A stretch of DNA of 24,000 nucleotides, from NCBI GenBank assembly GCA_025058055.1, contig JANXEU010000002.1, positions 23,851 through 47,850 on the forward strand, in the 5' to 3' direction. Positions within the stretch are counted from its first letter, which is position 1. Every line of letters starts with the position of its first letter. Positions 8,092 through 16,357 of this stretch are shown piece by piece. The notes below the pieces were generated by a model, which was not told where the DNA came from, ran no database searches, and was given only the letters and a program-made list of their open reading frames with translations. Both the position numbers and the translations under genes were made by a program. This DNA is from Candidatus Calditenuaceae archaeon (GTDB lineage Archaea > Thermoproteota > Nitrososphaeria_A > Caldarchaeales > Calditenuaceae).

Positions 8092-8169
8092 GGAGGCGGC
8101 AGGCTTAAGATCCATAAGTGGGAGACCTGCTCCCGAAGGAGTTCGTGGGTTCGAATCCCACCCCCCGCA
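8092..8169 (+). pseudogene. 3' portion of a tRNA-Leu(UAA) gene (D-arm end through 3' end), 5' acceptor strand missing, possible 15-nt anticodon-loop intron
   Basis: Anticodon stem GCAGG (8099-8103)/CCTGC (8126-8130), anticodon TAA, variable arm tcccgaaggagttc, T-arm GTGGG-TTCGAAT-CCCAC and 3' strand CCCCCGC-A are all present. No GCGGGGG is found upstream. Confidence 0.6.
8141..8169 (+). repeat. 29-bp direct repeat, copy 2 (3' end of tRNA-Leu)
   Basis: Identical to 3762-3790. Confidence 0.6.
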
Positions 8170-8436
8170 CACCGACAGACGTTCTCGCAATTTTTCGGGA
8201 TCGGTGAGGAAGAACAGTGGTATGACGTTGAAGCTGCGGTGACTGCACCAAGGATTTGACGCGTTCCGTGCCCTTGAGGGCGCTTTCGGAAAGTAGTCAG
8301 TCTTACAGATCCCTGCTCTCATTTGCAAGCTTCTACCCTCTCTCCGAGAGGTTGGAGCGGACTCTTTAGGGGCGTTCGATCTCCCCGAACGTCAGAGTTA
8401 CACATTTACGGAACCGGATGGCTATGGTCATCAGAG

Positions 8437-9105
8437 ATGCTTGACTGCTTACTGCTAGACCTCGACGGGACCGTCGTTGAGTTCCCGCGCGAGTGGATCT
8501 ACAAGGCGAAAGAGGAGAGCATCAGGAGGCTCTCCGAACGCGGGCTCAGAATACCCGAGGAGATAGATTTGACCAGACCGCTCTCGGTCATACTTGAAGA
8601 AGTTCGTCGACTGAACGGTCCGTCGATAGAAGGAGAGGTGATGAGGATCATCGATGCGACCTTCAAGCGCTACGAGTGCGCGGCCGCGGAGCGCGCTGTC
8701 CCGAGGAAGTGGGTAAAGGAGGAGCTGAGCAAGTTGAACGGATCGCTCAAGGTAGCCATCGCGACCAACAATTCAAGAGATGCGGCCGTCAGAACTCTTG
8801 AGATCGCAGGGATATCGAACATGGTCAAGTGCGTCGTTTCTAGAGACGACGTGAACAGCATGAAACCCGACCCCCACATGCTTCTGAGGGCCATAAGACT
8901 CTGCAGCTCCACGATAAACGCCTCGCTGTACGTTGGGGACTCGATAGTCGACGTCTTAGCGGCCAGATCCATCGGAATACCGGTGATCCTAGTGCTCGGA
9001 GGGATAGCGAAGCCCGAGGACCTGAAGACCGTGAGACCTCACTTCGTTGCAGACGACTTCAGGGAAGTCTCCAGGCTGATCTCCGTACTAATGAACGGGC
9101 GGTGA
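8437..9105 (+). CDS. HAD-superfamily hydrolase (phosphoglycolate phosphatase-like)
   Basis: The ORF track start (8323) is too early. From ATG 8437: MLDCLLLDLDGTVVEFP (motif I DxDGT), VAIATNNS (motif II), KPDPHMLLRAI (motif III), YVGDSIVDVLAAR (motif IV). Confidence 0.85.
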   Translation: MLDCLLLDLDGTVVEFPREWIYKAKEESIRRLSERGLRIPEEIDLTRPLSVILEEVRRLNGPSIEGEVMRIIDATFKRYECAAAERAVPRKWVKEELSKLNGSLKVAIATNNSRDAAVRTLEIAGISNMVKCVVSRDDVNSMKPDPHMLLRAIRLCSSTINASLYVGDSIVDVLAARSIGIPVILVLGGIAKPEDLKTVRPHFVADDFREVSRLISVLMNGR

Positions 9106-9299
9106 CCGTTTAAGCACCTGTCTGTGCAAGACCTCGCCGACTTAATGCTGCTCCTCTCCAATCCCCTTGACACCTACATGCATGGTGGTGACGCATCAGG
9201 CGTTGGAAGTTTGAAGCCGCTTAGCGGCATGTCCATGACCGGTAGCTGGGACTTGTTGAGGTTTTATTCATAATAACCACCGTTGCGTGATCGGAAACG

Positions 9300-10313
9300 A
9301 TGATGGTGACCGTCGCCGGAGGGGGAATCGCAGGGAGCTACCTCGCCAACCTCCTCTCCGGAGACCACGATGTCCACGTGTTGGAGAGGCAGAGGCCTGA
9401 CGGCTTCAGGGCGGTTTGCGCGTGGGGCACTAGCTATCACGAGATGAGGCGGTTGCTCGAGGTGGTAGACGTGGAGTTCGACGATTACGTCCTTCACGTG
9501 GGTAAGAAGATGATCATAGACCTCGGCCAAGACACAGTCGATGTTCCTCTGATGGGGCTCTGCACTTTCGATAAGAGGAAGTTGATTCTGGACCTGCACA
9601 GACGCATCAAGGTGTTCTACGGAGTAGAGGTGAAGAGGTCCGAGGACCTGAGGGGAGATCTTGTGATCGATGCGACTGGTTTCCACAGGGTACTGCTCCC
9701 GAGGCTTGCGAGGGACTACTATATTCCGACGCTCGAGTACCTAGTGAAGTACAGAGAACCACCGATCGATGACTTCTACGTGAAGCCAATAAAGCCCCTG
9801 TCCGGATACTTCTGGTACTTCCCTCTGGGAAACGGGTTGGCACACGTTGGCGCGGGCGACTTCTATAAACGTCACATGCAGGTACTCGACGAGTTCGTCT
9901 CGAGACACGGCGGCGAGGTCCTTAGCAGAATCGGTAGACCGGTGAGGATAACACCGCCTCACATGACCAAACCATTCAACGACGGATCCGTCTTTGGTGT
10001 TGGTGAGAGCATCGGCGCTGTGTACCCTGTGTTAGGGGAAGGGATCATCCCGGGCATGCAGTCCGCGGAGATCTTCTACAGGCTACTGAGCAGTTCAAGG
10101 CTTCACGATTACGAAAGGGAACTTATGGACTTCTTCAGGCCCTACTATTTGGCGTTTCAGTTCATCAGGAAGAAGATCCGGAGAGAGTACAGAACGATAC
10201 CCGACGCTAAACTACTCTTAGACGTCTTCATTCACATGAAGCGAAACGAGCAAAGGTACGGCATGAAGATCAGGTTGAGAGACTGGCTGAAGGTCGTCAG
10301 GACTTACGGTTGA
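9300..10313 (+). CDS. FAD-dependent geranylgeranyl reductase family protein
   Basis: MMVTVAGGGIAGSYLANLLSGDHDVHVLER (Rossmann GxGxxG-like), AVCAWGTS, DLVIDATGFHRVLLPR, YFWYFPLGNGLAHVGAG, VFGVGESIGAVYPVLGEGIIPGMQSAE. Confidence 0.85.
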   Translation: MMVTVAGGGIAGSYLANLLSGDHDVHVLERQRPDGFRAVCAWGTSYHEMRRLLEVVDVEFDDYVLHVGKKMIIDLGQDTVDVPLMGLCTFDKRKLILDLHRRIKVFYGVEVKRSEDLRGDLVIDATGFHRVLLPRLARDYYIPTLEYLVKYREPPIDDFYVKPIKPLSGYFWYFPLGNGLAHVGAGDFYKRHMQVLDEFVSRHGGEVLSRIGRPVRITPPHMTKPFNDGSVFGVGESIGAVYPVLGEGIIPGMQSAEIFYRLLSSSRLHDYERELMDFFRPYYLAFQFIRKKIRREYRTIPDAKLLLDVFIHMKRNEQRYGMKIRLRDWLKVVRTYG

Positions 10314-10434
10314 GTTCGATAGAACGTGCCACATCTTCCTGAACCTCTCCTGAAGTGAGCGTGCTTGAACGGGCCTGTACCGCCTTACGTCTTGGAGCTG
10401 TAACGTTGAAAAACGGCTTCTAGATCCCACTGAG

Positions 10435-10509
10435 GGGCCCGTGGCCTAGCATGGATAGGGCGCCGGCCTGCGGAGCCGGAGGTCCCGGGTTCGAGTCCCG
10501 GCGGGCCCG
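10435..10509 (+). tRNA. tRNA-Arg(GCG)
   Basis: GGGCCCG acceptor paired with CGGGCCC-G, anticodon stem-loop CCGGC-CTGCGGA-GCCGG, T-arm CCGGG-TTCGAGT-CCCGG. Confidence 0.95.
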
Positions 10510-10556
10510 ATATGCAGCACACCGGTTTAGGAGGGTCTGATGTATGGCTCTCAGAC

Positions 10557-11588
10557 TTATTCCGTCAGTTCTATGACCACACGATCTATGCACAATTTCG
10601 CTACGTCGACGAAGTCCTCTGACCTCGACAAAGGCGCTAGTATCAGGTATCTGGCTCCTGCGTTAACGTATTCCTGCAGCATGTCCACGCAATCCCTCGG
10701 CGTCCCGATGATCGCAACCCTCCTTTCGACCAGCTCTTCCAGCTTCATGTCTAACTTCTGGGCCGACAGGAAGACCCTTTCACCGATTTCCCTGTCGAGG
10801 GGGACGTTCTTCCAGACGTTGAACTCCGGTACCTCGGTGGTCAGGTACAACACCTTCGCTGGAAGAAGGAACTTCCTTTCGAGAGCTGTGCGGTCGATGT
10901 CCACGCCGACGTACACGAAGGCTGCCGGAACGATGTTCTCCGGATCTCTACCCACCTCTGACGCCACCTGACGGATCGACCGGAGCCTTCGTTCGTAATC
11001 GCCTGGCTCACCAACGATCGGGATCCAACCGTCACCCAATTCACCGACTAGCCTCAAGGATCTAGGTGAGTTCGCACCGATCCATATCGGAGGATGCGGT
11101 CTCTGGACCGGCTTCAGGTCCAGTATCGCGTTCGTGAACTTAACGAATTCGCCGTTGTAGTCCACCCGATCGAGGGTCCACAACAACTTGATCGCCTGTA
11201 CGACCTCTGTCATCCTCGAGACGGGACGGTCCCATTCGACGTGGAAAGGCGTTAGGTTCATCGCCTCACCAGCACCCATCCCGAGGACGGCCCTACCCTG
11301 CGACAGAACGTCGACGGTAGCCACGATCTGTGCCAGAGTCTCTGGATGTCTTCTGTGGGGATCCGAGACCGAGGTGCCTAGCCTGATCCTCTGTGTCTTG
11401 ACCGCCAGCGCCGCGAGCATTGTCCAAGCGTCCACGGCCGCGAACCTCCTGATACCGAAGGCCACCACGTGATCCGCTAGCCAGAGGCCGTCTAATCCAG
11501 ACGACTCACAGAGCTCCGCCGCCCTGAATATCACTTCAGGTGGGTAAAGGTTCGGGGCGAGACCGATCTTCACCAAGTCACACTTCAC
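10557..11588 (-). CDS. LLM-class (F420-dependent, methylene-H4MPT reductase-like) oxidoreductase
   Basis: KIGLAPNLYPPEVIFRAAELCESSGLDGLWLADHVV, IRLGTSVSDPHRRHPETLAQIVATVDVLSQGRAVLGMGAGE, RPHPPIWIGANSPRSLRLVGELGDGWIP. Confidence 0.88.
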   Translation of the reverse strand: MKCDLVKIGLAPNLYPPEVIFRAAELCESSGLDGLWLADHVVAFGIRRFAAVDAWTMLAALAVKTQRIRLGTSVSDPHRRHPETLAQIVATVDVLSQGRAVLGMGAGEAMNLTPFHVEWDRPVSRMTEVVQAIKLLWTLDRVDYNGEFVKFTNAILDLKPVQRPHPPIWIGANSPRSLRLVGELGDGWIPIVGEPGDYERRLRSIRQVASEVGRDPENIVPAAFVYVGVDIDRTALERKFLLPAKVLYLTTEVPEFNVWKNVPLDREIGERVFLSAQKLDMKLEELVERRVAIIGTPRDCVDMLQEYVNAGARYLILAPLSRSEDFVDVAKLCIDRVVIELTE

Positions 11589-11733
11589 CGTCCTCCTTGA
11601 CGGGCTGGAAAAGGTCGATCGAACAGAAAGCCTTTCGTGATTTCGCGTGGACCTCTTGAGCGAGCCTGACCAACTCTTGACGGAGCAAGGGGCATCGATC
11701 GCTCGGGCGTTTCCTATCCGTTCACAACAGCCA

Positions 11734-12045
11734 CTAGATGACCTCGATTCTATCGACTGGGATGCCGTAGACCTCCGAGAGGATCCTCGGCACCTTGTCC
11801 CTTTGGTCGCCCTGAAGGATAATGACGCCGTTCTTTACGGCCCCTCCGCAGGCGCACCTCGTCTTCAGCTCGGAGACCATCTCGTCCAAGTCCACGTCAG
11901 CGCCCTCGAACCCCTCGACGACGGTCACCTGCTTGTTCCACTTCTTCGTCTCCAGCCTTATCTTGATCTTCTGCATCTCATACGTGATCGTTTGGCAGAC
12001 GCAGAGGCTCCTAGGAAGCCCACAGGTTGGGCACGAATCCACCAT
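11734..12045 (-). CDS. Translation initiation factor aIF1 / SUI1 family
   Basis: CPTCGLPRSLCVCQTI...KIRLETKKWNKQVTVVEGFEG...LKTRCACGGAVKNGVIILQGDQRDKVPRIL, the SUI1 pattern with an N-terminal Zn-ribbon-like segment. Confidence 0.93.
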   Translation of the reverse strand: MVDSCPTCGLPRSLCVCQTITYEMQKIKIRLETKKWNKQVTVVEGFEGADVDLDEMVSELKTRCACGGAVKNGVIILQGDQRDKVPRILSEVYGIPVDRIEVI

Positions 12046-12137
12046 TACTTCACGATCTCATCGCATTACCTACTTAAAAGTCTTTAGTGGTCAACGGTTC
12101 ATAGGGCCGCGCTTTCAGGACGTTCGCGGACGGTGAG

Positions 12138-12911
12138 GTGAGCGAGTTGAGGAGGGCCGAGGTGGCTGTGGTGATACCGACATACAACGAGGCCGGAAAC
12201 ATCGGAGCCACGGTCCGAAGAGTGATTGATGTGGCAACGCGCGCGGACTTGGAGTGCAGGGTAGTGGTGGTCGACGACAACAGCCCCGATGGCACGTCTG
12301 AGGTGGTGAGGGGGCTTGCCGAGGAGCTGGGCTGCGTGGAACTCCTGGTGAGGCCTAGAAGGCTGGGTATAGGGAGCGCATACGTCGACGGTTTCAGGTA
12401 CGCCCTCGAGAGGTTCCGAGGACTTAAGGTGGTCGTGGAGATGGACGCGGACGGCAGCCACGACGCAGCCTATCTCCCCTCCCTGGTAACGCCGGTGCTC
12501 TCGGGAGCGGCAGAGGTGGCGATCGGATCGAGGTACGTGGGAGGAGGGTCATGGGAGGGGGGGCAGGCCTTCAGACAACTGATCAGCAGAGGGGCCAACT
12601 TTCTTACGAGGATCTGCACTGGCCTGCGCGTCAGGGACGCTACCAGCGGGTTCAGGGCCATGTCATCGGACCTCCTGAGTAGATGCGCCACTTCGCTCAG
12701 GGCATCGAGCAAGGGATATGTCTTCCAAGTGGAGAGCCTCGCGACCTACGTCTCGTTCGGCGCGCGGGTTGTCGAGGTGCCCATATCCTTCAAGCCGAGG
12801 TCCTCAGGGAAGAGCAAGCTGAGGGTACGTGACGTGGTGGTCTTCGCGGCCTGGAACCTCGAGTTCCTCATCAGAAGGACGTTGACGTCGCTCAGGCGAT
12901 CGCTCACATGA
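12138..12911 (+). CDS. Glycosyltransferase family 2, dolichol-phosphate mannosyltransferase-like
   Basis: AVVIPTYNEAGNIGATVRRV, RVVVVDDNSPDGTSEVV, VVEMDADGSHDAAYLPSL, IGSRYVGGG, RDATSGFRAMS. TATA-like cttaaaag upstream. Confidence 0.9.
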   Translation: MSELRRAEVAVVIPTYNEAGNIGATVRRVIDVATRADLECRVVVVDDNSPDGTSEVVRGLAEELGCVELLVRPRRLGIGSAYVDGFRYALERFRGLKVVVEMDADGSHDAAYLPSLVTPVLSGAAEVAIGSRYVGGGSWEGGQAFRQLISRGANFLTRICTGLRVRDATSGFRAMSSDLLSRCATSLRASSKGYVFQVESLATYVSFGARVVEVPISFKPRSSGKSKLRVRDVVVFAAWNLEFLIRRTLTSLRRSLT

Positions 12912-13644
12912 CGCCCGGAGGCCCTCCTCTCCACGCTCCTCTCCTCAGGGCACGCTCGGCCTTGAGCCTAGCTATCTCCTCATCTAGCTCGTGGAGGTTC
13001 AGTTCAACTTGAACGACCGAGGCGAGGACACGAAGAACGGCCCTAGCAGCGCTTGGCTGCCTGACCCTCGGGTTGTCGATCTCACCGAGGAGACACAGAC
13101 CCTCCATCTGTCTCTCCATCGCGAGCCCGTGTATGAGGCCGTTGAACCCGGTGATGTAACCCTCGTCCATGAGAGGTATCGAGCCAGCCTTCTCGGCGAG
13201 GTCACAGAGCCTCACCGAGGTCGCGGCGTAGAAGACCCTCGGGTCGTCGATCCGAGTCTCTCCCGTGTGAGCGGCACCGAGTGAGATAACAGTCTCCACG
13301 CCGACTGACTGAGCCAAGTCTAACACCTCCTCGCAGAGCTCGAAGAGCGCGGTGCTCTCAGGTGGCTGGTAGTTTCCTGTGAACGTTATGAAGTCATATC
13401 CGTCGCGACCCAGCAGCTTGTACCATCCTCTCTCGAAGGTGATCGTGCGGCCCCTGTGTATCACGAACGGTGGCCACTCTCCGGTGGCGGTCGCGAGCTC
13501 CTCTAGGCCGCAGGACTTGATGAGGTGCTCCATCGCGATTCCGGCTACGTTTCCCATGTCGGGAAGGGCCGCGACCATCACCCTCGTTCTCGGGATTACG
13601 CTCCTTACTTTGAACTCCATCCTGAAGTTAGGAGAGCCGCCCAC
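12904..13644 (-). CDS. PAC2-family (proteasome assembly chaperone family) protein
   Basis: VMVAALPDMGNVAGIAMEHLI, ELCEEVLDLAQSVGVETVISLGAAHTGE, GYITGFNGLIHGLAMERQMEGLCLLGEI. The likely true start is the internal MEFKVRS (about 13620), given a TATA-like element near 13653. Confidence 0.82.
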   Translation of the reverse strand: MGGSPNFRMEFKVRSVIPRTRVMVAALPDMGNVAGIAMEHLIKSCGLEELATATGEWPPFVIHRGRTITFERGWYKLLGRDGYDFITFTGNYQPPESTALFELCEEVLDLAQSVGVETVISLGAAHTGETRIDDPRVFYAATSVRLCDLAEKAGSIPLMDEGYITGFNGLIHGLAMERQMEGLCLLGEIDNPRVRQPSAARAVLRVLASVVQVELNLHELDEEIARLKAERALRRGAWRGGPPGVM

Positions 13645-13733
13645 TATAATTTTCTGATGCTCGAATCCGGATGCGTTTTGGTCACTAGGGTGAGCGGAGA
13701 ACGTTTTAGACCACGAGGCGAGGAGAGACGTCG

Positions 13734-14132
13734 ATGGGTGTGAAGTTGAGGAAGTCCGAGCTGAGCTTCCTAGAGAGGATGGAGCTCTGCAGGCTCGCCA
13801 CCGTCGACGGACAGGGAAGGCCTCATGTCGTTCCGATCTGCTACGTCTTAATGGACGGAGCGTTCTACATGGTTACCGACATAGGTACGAGAAAGCACCG
13901 AAACTTGCAGCAGAACCCCTACGCGGCCCTCGTCGTGGATGTCTACAAGCCCAACAGGGCCGTGATGGTGGAGGGCAAGGTAGAGCTGCTGACCTCGGGT
14001 GAGGAGTTCAGGCGGGTCTCGAAGGTCTTCTACGAGCGGTTCGATTGGGCGAGACGCGACTTCTGGGACGAGGGCGAGGTCGTTATGATCAAGCTGGTGC
14101 CGGAGAGGAAAGCGAGCTGGGGACTCAGGTGA
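13734..14132 (+). CDS. Pyridoxamine 5'-phosphate oxidase-like (PPOX split-barrel) family protein
   Basis: ELSFLERMELCRLATVDGQGRPHVVPICYVLMDGAFYMVTDIGTRKHRNLQQNPYAALVVD, VMIKLVPERKASWGL. Confidence 0.85.
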   Translation: MGVKLRKSELSFLERMELCRLATVDGQGRPHVVPICYVLMDGAFYMVTDIGTRKHRNLQQNPYAALVVDVYKPNRAVMVEGKVELLTSGEEFRRVSKVFYERFDWARRDFWDEGEVVMIKLVPERKASWGLR

Positions 14133-14213
14133 CCGCGCAATCAGAGAGCCGGTGAAGCCACTTGAGGATGCGAAACGTAGATTAGAAGTCATCAAGGGAA
14201 ACCTGCGGAAGAG

Positions 14214-14285
14214 GCCCCGGTAGCTCAGCGGTAGAGCGCCGGCCTTGTAAGCCGGTGGTCGAGGGTTCGAATCCCTCCCGGGGCT
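14214..14285 (+). tRNA. tRNA-Thr(TGT)
   Basis: GCCCCGG acceptor paired with CCGGGGC-T, anticodon stem-loop CCGGC-CTTGTAA-GCCGG, T-arm GAGGG-TTCGAAT-CCCTC. Confidence 0.96.
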
Positions 14286-14511
14286 TCGCGGGAGAACCGT
14301 CATCACGAGTCGGGTCGGAGAAGGAGGTAACGGACTGTCCCGCTCCTCTGACCCATCTGAGGAGAGAGCTCTCAGGACCAGCGGAGACTGAGGACTAAAC
14401 AGCTCCGTTTCAGAGGTACGGCTTTCGGACTCGTGAGGCTTGTCCTAACTCGGAGCGTCCGCGTGGATGTCATGAGAGGCGGAACCGATGCAGTCCGTGA
14501 ACTCTCATCGA

Positions 14512-15198
14512 CTAGTCCTGTGAGGACGACAGACTCAGTAAAAACGCGGCGAGCCGCTCGGCGTTGTCTCGCAGCGAGTTGGGTTCGTTGATGACCCAGA
14601 TCACCTCGGCTCTCGAGCTGGTGGCGAACTCCCTGTATCCCTCCCTAACGAGCTCCTGGAAAATCGTGACGTCCTCAAGGAACCCCTTCTTTCTCCCTCT
14701 CGAGACTCGAGCGAGTCTCTCGCGCTCCTCAACATCGACGATCACGTAGACGTCCGTGTTAAGCAACGTCCCTCTCCCAAGCTCCTCCACCACCTCGATG
14801 AGTCTCGATGCCGTCACATCGCTGGAGACGCCTCTGTACTTGATGTAAGCCAGCCCGAAGACCACCGAACAGAGGTAGTACCTGTCGATGAGGAGGTAAT
14901 CAGCTCCTGCTCTCCTAACTGCACCCTTCATCACTTGAGAGTCCTCGACGGTGTTGGCCAAGAACAGCAGCATCCTCGTCAGCGGCGAGATGCCTCTCCG
15001 GTTGCCGTAACCGACCGCGAAGGCGCCTGTCTTAGTCCTGCTGGGCGTCTTGTAAGTTACGACGACCTTCTCTCTCGCGCGCAGCATCTGAGCGGTGAGC
15101 CTAAGCAGCGACGTCTTGCCGGAACCGTCGGTTCCCTCGAAGACGGTCACTACGCACTTCTTATCACCGAGGTCGATCAAATCTCCTGAGGCCTCCAC
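14512..15198 (-). CDS. Thymidylate kinase family protein
   Basis: VVTVFEGTDGSGKTSLLRLTAQML (P-loop), DYLLIDRYYLCSVVF (DRY/W), DVYVIVDVEERERLARVSRGRKK. Confidence 0.85.
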   Translation of the reverse strand: MEASGDLIDLGDKKCVVTVFEGTDGSGKTSLLRLTAQMLRAREKVVVTYKTPSRTKTGAFAVGYGNRRGISPLTRMLLFLANTVEDSQVMKGAVRRAGADYLLIDRYYLCSVVFGLAYIKYRGVSSDVTASRLIEVVEELGRGTLLNTDVYVIVDVEERERLARVSRGRKKGFLEDVTIFQELVREGYREFATSSRAEVIWVINEPNSLRDNAERLAAFLLSLSSSQD

Positions 15199-16212
15199 CT
15201 TCCCTTCCAGTAGGACTGATAGGTTCCGCGTTCCATCAGGACCACATCGGTATTGACGAAGATCCCTCCCTCCTCGACGTCGAGCGCTGACTTCTCGGCC
15301 CTTCCGAGCGCGACCAGCTCGCCCTTGAGCGTCTGGACTGCCACTAGGTCTCCGGGCTCTATTCGACGGCTGAGCCTCGCGATCCCCGCGACTGCCAGAG
15401 GCGCCCCGTGACAGACAGCATCAACGGCCGTGTCAAGGACCTCGACCTTGGGGAGATAAGATACGAGTTCCTCCGGGTTCCTAACGAACTCCTCGAGCCA
15501 CCGGCCTTCGCCCTCCCTGTAGGCCTTCACAGCTGCGAAGAGTTCCAGAAGGCTGACCGCCTGATCCTCCGTTACCGGGCCGCTCCTAGTCCTCCTCAGC
15601 TCCACCATGTGAGCCCCAATGCCCAGCAGCAGTCCGAGGTCGTGGCAGAGCTTCCTCAGATAGGTCCCGCCGCTGACTAGGGCCTTGAAAAGGACGTCCC
15701 TCCCCTCGAACTCGAGGACCTCCAGCTCGTAGACTACCCTCACCCTAGGCCTCCTCGCGACCCTAGACCTTATCGGCGGAGTCTGGTAGATCTCCCCTAC
15801 GAACTCCCTCAGCGCGTCAAGCAACTCCTCGCGCTTCACGTCACCGTGGAGCCTCATCAGGCAGACGTACTCCTTCGGCTGCCCTGCGATCGCTTGAGTG
15901 AGCCTCGTGGCCCTTCCCAACATCACCGGTAGCACGCCGGTTACGGCGGGGTCTCCCCGGCTTCCCTCAGGCCTCTAGGGTCCCGCCGTGTCCGGCCCTC
16001 TCCACGCCGAGCACTCTCCTTACCGAGTTGACGATGTCGTGGCTCGTCGGGCCCGCGTGCTTGTCGATCGCCACGTAACCGAACTCGAGCCTCTCCTCAA
16101 TCGTCCTCAGCTCGGGCGGCTTGCCGTAGCGTTGATCGGTCTCGGCCTCGATCAGCGTGATCATCTCCCTCGCCTGTTCTCCGAATGGGTCACCGTACCT
16201 CAGGACGTTCAT
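15177..16212 (-). CDS. cbf5: tRNA/rRNA pseudouridine synthase Cbf5 (TruB domain), one gene in two exons: 16212..15975 joined to 15952..15177
   Basis: Exon 1 ends ...[35 protein letters not shown] and exon 2 begins ...[34 protein letters not shown]...[12 protein letters not shown]...[31 protein letters not shown], followed by a region consistent with a PUA domain. Removing 22 nt gives [17 protein letters not shown] in one 337-aa frame. Confidence 0.93.
15953..15974 (-). other. 22-nt pre-mRNA intron in cbf5 with a bulge-helix-bulge motif
   Basis: Transcript orientation: GGCGGG-A-CCCU-AG|A-GGC...GCC-GGGG-AG|A-C-CCCGCC. There are two 3-nt AGA bulges flanking a 4-bp helix (CCCU/GGGG, one G.U), an outer GGCGGG/CCCGCC helix and an inner GGC/GCC helix. 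The intron carries an in-frame TGA. Confidence 0.9.
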
Positions 16213-16357
16213 CCGGCTTCGGGCTGAAGTGTTGCCTCGGCATGATATCTTTATTGCATCACGTTACGTCAGCGGGCCCTCAGACGGCCATCACCTGACG
16301 TCCTAGGACTTCTGGAAGGTAAGGCAAAAGTCATTAGCTCCACGACGTTGTGACGTT

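Noticed and set aside
8085-8328. N-terminal part of ORF 7504-8328 (SVCGGWDSNPRTPSG...) as genuine protein
   Set aside because: The xGGxDSNPR pattern is the classic antisense translation of a tRNA T-arm. It maps onto the tRNA-Leu remnant and its flank, so only about 7504-8090 is considered protein-derived.
9106-9299. C/D-box-like sRNA between the HAD and GGR-family genes
   Set aside because: tggtgacg/ctgt-type matches are too degenerate to support a call.
11647-12087. ORF 11647-12087 (+) and overlaps as real genes
   Set aside because: Antisense to the well-supported SUI1/aIF1 gene and without motifs.
13848-14306. Minus ORF 13848-14306 containing PGRDSNPRPPAYKAGALPLSY
   Set aside because: Antisense translation of tRNA-Thr (DSNPRPPAYKAGAL is a well-known artefact) and of the PPOX gene.
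14286-14511. Structured RNA in the gap between tRNA-Thr and the thymidylate kinase gene
   Set aside because: There are some short complementary segments (e.g. around gagagctctc), but no convincing C/D or H/ACA boxes or long stable helix by eye. A covariance-model search would be needed.
15177-16212. cbf5 as a frameshifted pseudogene or two separate genes
   Set aside because: The interruption is a 22-nt segment with an hBHBh' fold at a precise conserved site, and excision restores the frame and residues. Both exons are fully conserved.
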